The position numbers were made by a program, and so were the translations under genes. A DNA stretch of 62,104 nt, the filler included, from Hausera hauseri (taxonomy: Eukaryota), in the NCBI GenBank assembly GCA_046269625.1. It is 11 parts of 11 records of this genome, joined end to end, with 100 filler letters (N's around TTAATTAATTAA, not from the genome) between each part and the next. Parts side by side here need not be neighbours in the genome. Positions count along the whole stretch, not along the records: positions 49,590 to 62,104 come from JBJURY010032224.1; 10 more parts are not named here. The stretch is one strand, 5' to 3'. Shown piece after piece: positions 57,601-62,104 of the stretch. How positions within the stretch are numbered: position 1 is the first letter of the stretch; each line of letters opens with the position of its first letter. The notes below the pieces were generated by a model. It was not told where the DNA came from, did not search any database, and saw only the letters and a program-made list of their open reading frames with translations.

Positions 57601-60188
57601 GTTGACCACTTCTGTTGTGATTTACTTAGTTTATGTGATAGAAAATATATCGGCCTTTCATTCTTAGTACCAGGTACCATCCCCTCTGCCCCCTCATCTG
57701 CCTCTTGAGTTAAGACCGCACCTATGCTCATGTCACTAGCATCAGTATGTAAAGTATATTTCTTCCTGGGGTCTGGATGTGCCAGTAACGGAACTGCCGT
57801 AAGACCCTCCTTCAATTTGTCAAAGGCTTTTTGGCATTCTTCACTCCATTTGAATCTAGCAAACTTCCTTGTGAGAGCTATAATTGGCTCTGCGATTTTG
57901 GAAAAGTTTGGGATAAACCTCCTGTAGTATCCACATGTTCCTATAAATCCACGTACTTGCCTTACTGTCCTGGGTGCTGGCATTTGTCTGATAACCTTTA
58001 CTTTATCCTCATCTGGTTTTATGCCACTTCTGTTTATCACAAACCCGAGATATTTTGTTTCCATTTTCAAAAACTCACATTTGCTTAACTTTAATTTCAC
58101 TGAGTGCTGCCTTAATCTGTCAAACACCATCTCAACGTGCCTTAAATGTTCTTCCTTTGTTCCTGCAGTGTGAATTAAAATATCATCAATATAGGCCAAT
58201 GCAAATTTCTGCATCCCTTCTAACACAATGTCCATAAGACTCATATAAGTAGCGGGTGCTCCCTTCAATCCAAATGGCATCACGTTCCATGCGAAGGTTC
58301 CCACATGTGTACAAAAAGCACTTTTTCGCTTTGCGTCTTCTGACATAGGGATACACCAAAATCCGCTCCGTGCATCCAGTGTTGTGTAGTAATCTGATTT
58401 ATTTAGCACTGCTAACACATGCTCGGCATGCGGCATCTCGTAACTCAGATTTGTCGATATTTCATTCAAACGTCTAAAATCGACACAAAATCTTGTACTG
58501 TTGTCCTTTTTAGTAACTAGGACAACAGGGAACGACCACTCGGATCTGATTCGTGTGATTAATCCGGCCTTCAGTAAGTCTTCAATTGCCTTTTCTACGA
58601 TCTCTCGGTTCCTAAGTGGTGTTCGATATGGTTTCATACTGATCGGGGGATGATCCCCTGTATCTATTTCCATCATCACTGTCTTAGTCCTCCCCAGTTC
58701 CATGTCATTCACTGCGAATACATCTGCATGTTTTTCCACAAAACCTTCCATCAATTTCCTGTTCTCACCTTCAGTCGTTAATTGTTTCATTAACTCTTGC
58801 ATCCTCTCCTTACCACTCATTCCTTCTCCATACCTCTGCTTCACCTCCGTCATTTCTCCCACGCTGCTTATTCTTACCTGGTTCTGCCTTGCTCTGTTTC
58901 CATAGTTCCATTTTTGTCTGCTATTCACACAATCTGAGCCACTCTGTCTGGCTTGGTTCCCCTCTGTTCTACTACCATAGTTCTGTTTTTGTCTGCTATT
59001 CGCACAAACTGAACTACTTTGCCTTGAGTGCATGAACCATCTTCTTGAGGAATCATTTTTGCTTTGTCCTCCATTCTGTCTCCATTTCCCATTTCTGCTG
59101 TATCCCCTCTGGTTTAGTCTTATTTCACCAATTTCACTGGTTCCATAGCCATTCCTAATACCGTGGTTATCCTGTCCATGCCTCCTCACACACTGTTCTC
59201 CCCTTAATTCCCTTTTGCTTACATTCTTCCATATCTGTTGTGCCCCAGTTCCATGGCAGTCTGACTCACACCACCACTTGCCCATCTCCTCTCTGCTCCT
59301 CCATCCACTAATTGTCTGTTTATTTACCTGGTGGCCTAAATTCCACCGTGCTTCCCCCTTATCCTTCTGTTTGGCACACTGGCCTTCCCTAGGGTATGGG
59401 TTCATGACCTTACCAATAACACAACCCCTGTTCAGAGCAATGGTTTTGTTTGTTTCATTTGTAATCACCATTGGTACTGTAAAACTTTTGTTTACTTTAG
59501 CTATTCCTTCAGCCAACCATAGACCCGGTTCATCAATTATGTCTCCAGTCCCTAATTCTCCGATTTCCACTGTCTGTCCTTCCTTAAAATATTGCGTTCT
59601 CTTTAGTTTTCCCATTACAAAATTCACCGTGTTAGGTTTGAGTATTACTTTGTCTTTCGCTCGCACCACTGCTGCTATGTGGATATCATCCTGCAGCTCA
59701 ATGTATTGATTCTTTATCCTCATTTTTTGTAAGTCAAAATATAATCTTACGCCATATTTTCGAAGAAAGTCACGACCCAATATCATGGACCTTCCCATGT
59801 TTCTAACAACAAAAAACGGATGGTCAAACGTTAAATTCCCTAATTTAAACTTTAAGGCTGTCAGTCCAATAACTTTTAGTGCATCTCCAGACACGGATTG
59901 CAAGTTCGCTTTTTGGCTTGACAGTTTTCCTTTATTCTTTAAGGAATGATACACTGTTTCTTTAATAATAGAAATCTCTGCCCCAGAATCAATTAAGCTA
60001 CGCACTCTTCTTCTGTCTATTTCTACGATACAGGAGCTTGGGTCATCTGCTAAGTTAATCTGGTAGTGTCTTTCTCTATTTATTTCTTCCCTCCTTCCAT
60101 CCCTGTGCTCTTTCCCCCTGCGGTGGGTTCCTTTACCGCCAAATCCTCCCCAGGTCGAACCCCTTACTGGGTAGGTCCCCCATTTCCC
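54699..60188 (-). CDS. Ty3/Gypsy Pol polyprotein (PR-RT-RH-IN plus long acidic tail), intact, probably made by -1 frameshift from gag
   Basis: LIDSGA, RFCVDFR, LDARSGFW, MPFGL, YIDD, HTDAS, EKEAYAI, CDH, ADLLSR, H-H-CEPC, MDISG, SDNG, NARNER. The frame stays open upstream of 60005 into the gag overlap. Confidence 0.96.
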   Translation of the reverse strand, partial: GKWGTYPVRGSTWGGFGGKGTHRRGKEHRDGRREEINRERHYQINLADDPSSCIVEIDRRRVRSLIDSGAEISIIKETVYHSLKNKGKLSSQKANLQSVSGDALKVIGLTALKFKLGNLTFDHPFFVVRNMGRSMILGRDFLRKYGVRLYFDLQKMRIKNQYIELQDDIHIAAVVRAKDKVILKPNTVNFVMGKLKRTQYFKEGQTVEIGELGTGDIIDEPGLWLAEGIAKVNKSFTVPMVITNETNKTIALNRGCVIGKVMNPYPREGQCAKQKDKGEARWNLGHQVNKQTISGWRSREEMGKWWCESDCHGTGAQQIWKNVSKRELRGEQCVRRHGQDNHGIRNGYGTSEIGEIRLNQRGYSRNGKWRQNGGQSKNDSSRRWFMHSRQSSSVCANSRQKQNYGSRTEGNQARQSGSDCVNSRQKWNYGNRARQNQVRISSVGEMTEVKQRYGEGMSGKERMQELMKQLTTEGENRKLMEGFVEKHADVFAVNDMELGRTKTVMMEIDTGDHPPISMKPYRTPLRNREIVEKAIEDLLKAGLITRIRSEWSFPVVLVTKKDNSTRFCVDFRRLNEISTNLSYEMPHAEHVLAVLNKSDYYTTLDARSGFWCIPMSEDAKRKSAFCTHVGTFAWNVMPFGLKGAPATYMSLMDIVLEGMQKFALAYIDDILIHTAGTKEEHLRHVEMVFDRLRQHSVKLKLSKCEFLKMETKYLGFVINRSGIKPDEDKVKVIRQMPAPRTVRQVRGFIGTCGYYRRFIPNFSKIAEPIIALTRKFARFKWSEECQKAFDKLKEGLTAVPLLAHPDPRKKYTLHTDASDMSIGAVLTQEADEGAEGMVPGTKNERPIYFLSHKLSKSQQKWSTVEKEAYAIYYSVQKLNFYLHNAEFTIKCDHMPLKNWLKSDVHNRRIQTWVLNLQGYSAQIEYIPGPENTCADLLSRIPHDVEEMEENREGTPDIDDRTFQINIINSNQPQLYQPGQDTEGSTVPTEPDEPQLDFDMKLEQEKDEKILKIKRDIKSGIEDKRNKWKEFIVLADDDEVYRITNDDDPKLQKYIPQHLKQGVLKQFHDQNAHMGRDKVYEAIRKKYFWKDMVKDIYEYVQRCEPCKLQKMRALKAPLQPTDLPDYPMQKISMDISGPHPLTLSGNKYILHIVDCYSAWPEAYAIPDKTSNTIINILVDDYIPRFSCPNVILSDNGREFVSEAFENTLRQLNIKHVTTSYYHPQANARNERQHSTIYKILYTYIQENERNWDLYLNQALAAIRMNENRSTKYSPFELLYGRDAVLPMDLLLRPHIKYAGEDFHKVLLQDMHRVHKRVHRNMKKAFEREKRRADKNAVMQEFDIGDKVYYRNHRRSSKMDKRWIKGYVVIKKLGRVSYLIKNQWTGQEAKAHIEHLRRDEHHWEEPKPKEGEKRRRKANYVVSPSTSDTERTRSTNEDSVRSNTEDESMVAGGYMPVTFPSVAHSTDVNTEVEESNRAVHNTDVNTEVEESNKAVHNTDVNTEVEESNNAMHNSDVNTEDEESDKEDGTNLSIEEENGVEEDAENEIAGELTSDSESEESNFEEVVEQESDSTDSMSRPPARNTRLAASRRLEAAKQRQLKRHRNVRDNSSDESDMPLRERKLRTVEKQERVNQETQAVSAQGAKQEVNEEEEAGSENGSQPSGSQSEMIPRANSDPSKEEYSTSSEEDGDMETNRRESLKRAYQEGEETDYEDEPKAKIKAPAAIRRKRNKGNQVKNEGWSKNATNLKEGEKRHKRDSNTACGKQKCRKEKQQMKEVHEVQVVAGVQGKTPRAKNKRGVQPTEMESECERANRTYMQALETMNILVRKLA
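55630..55806 (-). repeat. 48-bp (16-aa) coding tandem repeat, about 4 copies, in the Pol tail
   Basis: H(S/N)(T/S)DVNTE(V/D)EES repeated four times. Confidence 0.9.
60150..60188 (-). promoter_or_regulatory. gag-pol -1 frameshift signal G GGA AAU with candidate pseudoknot
   Basis: Heptamer at 60188-60182 in the gag frame; pol is in the -1 frame. Downstream GGACCT/GGGTTC and CCCAG/CTGGG pairings interleave. Confidence 0.75.
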
Positions 60189-61381
60189 TGGTTCGCGTTA
60201 TTACCAATGGTATGGTTTGCATTGTTACCCCCATTCCTATGATAGTTTGTGCCCTGTGGGTTTATGTTTGTTCTACAATTTCGCGCCCAGTGTCCAACCC
60301 CATTGCAGCGGAAACATCTGTTTAGCCCTGCGGCCCTGGCGATTGGATTATGGTGACCCCTCACATTCCCAATCTTACTGTGGTCATGACCTGTTGCTCC
60401 TTCCCTATTCACTGCTTGTACTGCTCTATTTGGTTGTGCCCTATTCACGTTTCTATTTCTGTCCCTGTGGTTGTGTTCATTTCCTCTCCACCTGGGTCTG
60501 AAATGTTCTATGTCCATTGGTTCTTCGGGTCGCATATGCCCATCCATCCTATCTCTGCCCAACCTTAAATTAAATCTTCTGAGGAGGTTTTCCTCGTCTA
60601 TTGCTATCTGCACTGCTTCCTGTAGGGTATTAGGATTCTTTCTCATTAGCATTAATTTCATTTTGGTACTACTTAGCCCATCAATGAATATAGGTACTAA
60701 TGTTTTGTCAACTTCTTCCTGTCGAGGTTCTTGCCCGATATGTGTCTGTTCCCAAACATTTAGTAGCCTGTCATAATAAAGTTGTATGGTTTCCTGTTTC
60801 TCTTGCTTTATTTTTCTTAGCAACATTATGGCGTAGTGTTCGTCAGTAATTTCTGCGTATCTCTTTGTTAGATCCTTCTTTAATTCCAGCCAAGTTTCGT
60901 TCGGATGACTGTCCAACCGCCTTCTTAAGTAGTCTGATACACTACCTTCTGATGCCAGGAATGCTGCATTTTTCTTTTCGTCTTCAGTGGCCTTCGTGAG
61001 GACGAAAAATTTTTCAAGTTGGGACATATACGTAGCAAAGCTCTTAGGTTCCCCCCGAAAACTTGTGACAAAGGCCCTAACATTTTGTTGCCTGGTATTC
61101 TGGTCTAATCTATTGACCATATGCCCCAATGTATCTAATGCTGTTTTAACTACATCTGAGCCCTCCAATGTGTTGGCTGATTGTCCATTATTTTGTTGTA
61201 TGTTTGTTTGTTGTACATTATGCTGTGTCGCCACTGTAATTTCCTGCTGTAACAATTGCTGTTGTTGTACAGGTAGCTGCTGGAATATGTGGTGGATTAG
61301 TTGGTTCATTTGATTTGGAGTGAGCAGTTCTACATCCCCTGGCAATGGGACACTATTAGCTTCCTCGATTCTTGGGTCCAT
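60164..61381 (-). CDS. Ty3/Gypsy Gag with CCHC zinc knuckle
   Basis: Q-rich N-terminus, IKQEKQETIQLY, FIDGL, EEPMDI, CFRCNGVGHWARNC. Confidence 0.95.
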   Translation of the reverse strand: MDPRIEEANSVPLPGDVELLTPNQMNQLIHHIFQQLPVQQQQLLQQEITVATQHNVQQTNIQQNNGQSANTLEGSDVVKTALDTLGHMVNRLDQNTRQQNVRAFVTSFRGEPKSFATYMSQLEKFFVLTKATEDEKKNAAFLASEGSVSDYLRRRLDSHPNETWLELKKDLTKRYAEITDEHYAIMLLRKIKQEKQETIQLYYDRLLNVWEQTHIGQEPRQEEVDKTLVPIFIDGLSSTKMKLMLMRKNPNTLQEAVQIAIDEENLLRRFNLRLGRDRMDGHMRPEEPMDIEHFRPRWRGNEHNHRDRNRNVNRAQPNRAVQAVNREGATGHDHSKIGNVRGHHNPIARAAGLNRCFRCNGVGHWARNCRTNINPQGTNYHRNGGNNANHTIGNNANQGNGGPTQ

Positions 61382-61776
61382 TCCTTCTGTTATTTCAATA
61401 GCTGACTAAATAATTTAAATTTATATCACTGTGGAAAAAACTTGTGGTTATTTATAAATGTATCATCTGGAAGAAAAAATGTATTACCGATGTAATAAAA
61501 CTGTGAAGTTGCCTTACTTTTGTTACTTCATTTAATGTGTTGTTGAATTTTTGTTGTTGTTGTTGTTCCGGTTGATAATTTATACCTCTATGCTATTTTC
61601 TAAATTAAATAAACACCTGTAACAACTAATACTAAAAACAAATAAAACCGCACGTGAAATTTACAGAATGCAATGTTGCTCATGTCACTTATTCTCAGTC
61701 TCATTTATTTCTCCAAGTTCATTCACTCAGCCTTGTCTGAGATTATTCCTGAGATTCTCTCTGCCAAAGACTGATC

Positions 61777-62104
61777 CTGGTCGAAGCGGCGCCAATTTAT
61801 AAAGGAGGTATTATGTCGCAGGTTAGGTAGTCGCCAGGCCTACTGACATAATCCCGCTAATCTTGGGGTTATGGGAAATTATTGGAGGATGAAAGGATTC
61901 CTGATTCATGAAAGTACACAGTTGGCCATACGCCGATCTTCAGTGCCCTTCCTTATTCTGTAATCGTATAGTGGTTAGTGTTTATTTCCTTCCTATATGA
62001 GTCAGTCGTTTTCTTCTAATATGTCCTTATGCTCCCTCCTACACTCTCCTGTTGACTGTAGCCCCTCCCCTTTGCAGTGAGTAATTTACTTTGACTGAGA
62101 GACA
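61777..62104 (-). mobile_element. Primer-binding site and 3' part of the 5' LTR of the Gypsy element
   Basis: TGGCGCCGCTTCGACCAG (61794-61777) lies about 400 nt upstream of the gag ATG, preceded by CCTTTATA-AAT (non-canonical LTR end). Confidence 0.65.

Overview
This window is not one locus. It is 11 unrelated eukaryotic (animal-like) contigs joined by artificial 100-bp linkers (N44-TTAATTAATTAA-N44). It holds three host-gene fragments (TTLL12, WDR4/Trm82-like, CEP290 with 40- and 49-nt introns), mariner and MITE remnants, Polinton/adintovirus relics (pPolB, major capsid protein, adenain protease), several degraded Ty3/Gypsy elements plus one with intact gag and pol, and a 6-kb (GAAH)n satellite. 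The most interesting contig is 37484-43406. It closes on itself through a 77-bp terminal overlap into a 5,846-bp unit that is a two-ORF Penelope-like retroelement. ORF1 (Arg-rich N-terminus, helical domain, Pro/Ser/Thr linker, SGNH esterase with all four catalytic blocks, complete only after circularisation) meets the RT + GIY-YIG ORF at a G-UUA-AAC slippery site followed by a hairpin, predicting a gag-pol-like -1 frameshift. Its non-coding region carries a minimal dimer-type hammerhead ribozyme, CCAAT/TATA boxes, telomere-like repeats, a CTCF-like motif and an ordered set of antisense splice sites. A second notable item is an apparently catalytically dead DEDDh exonuclease domain in a transmembrane accessory ORF just upstream of a polypurine tract and probable 3' LTR. 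All family assignments come from motif recognition by eye; no database searches were run.
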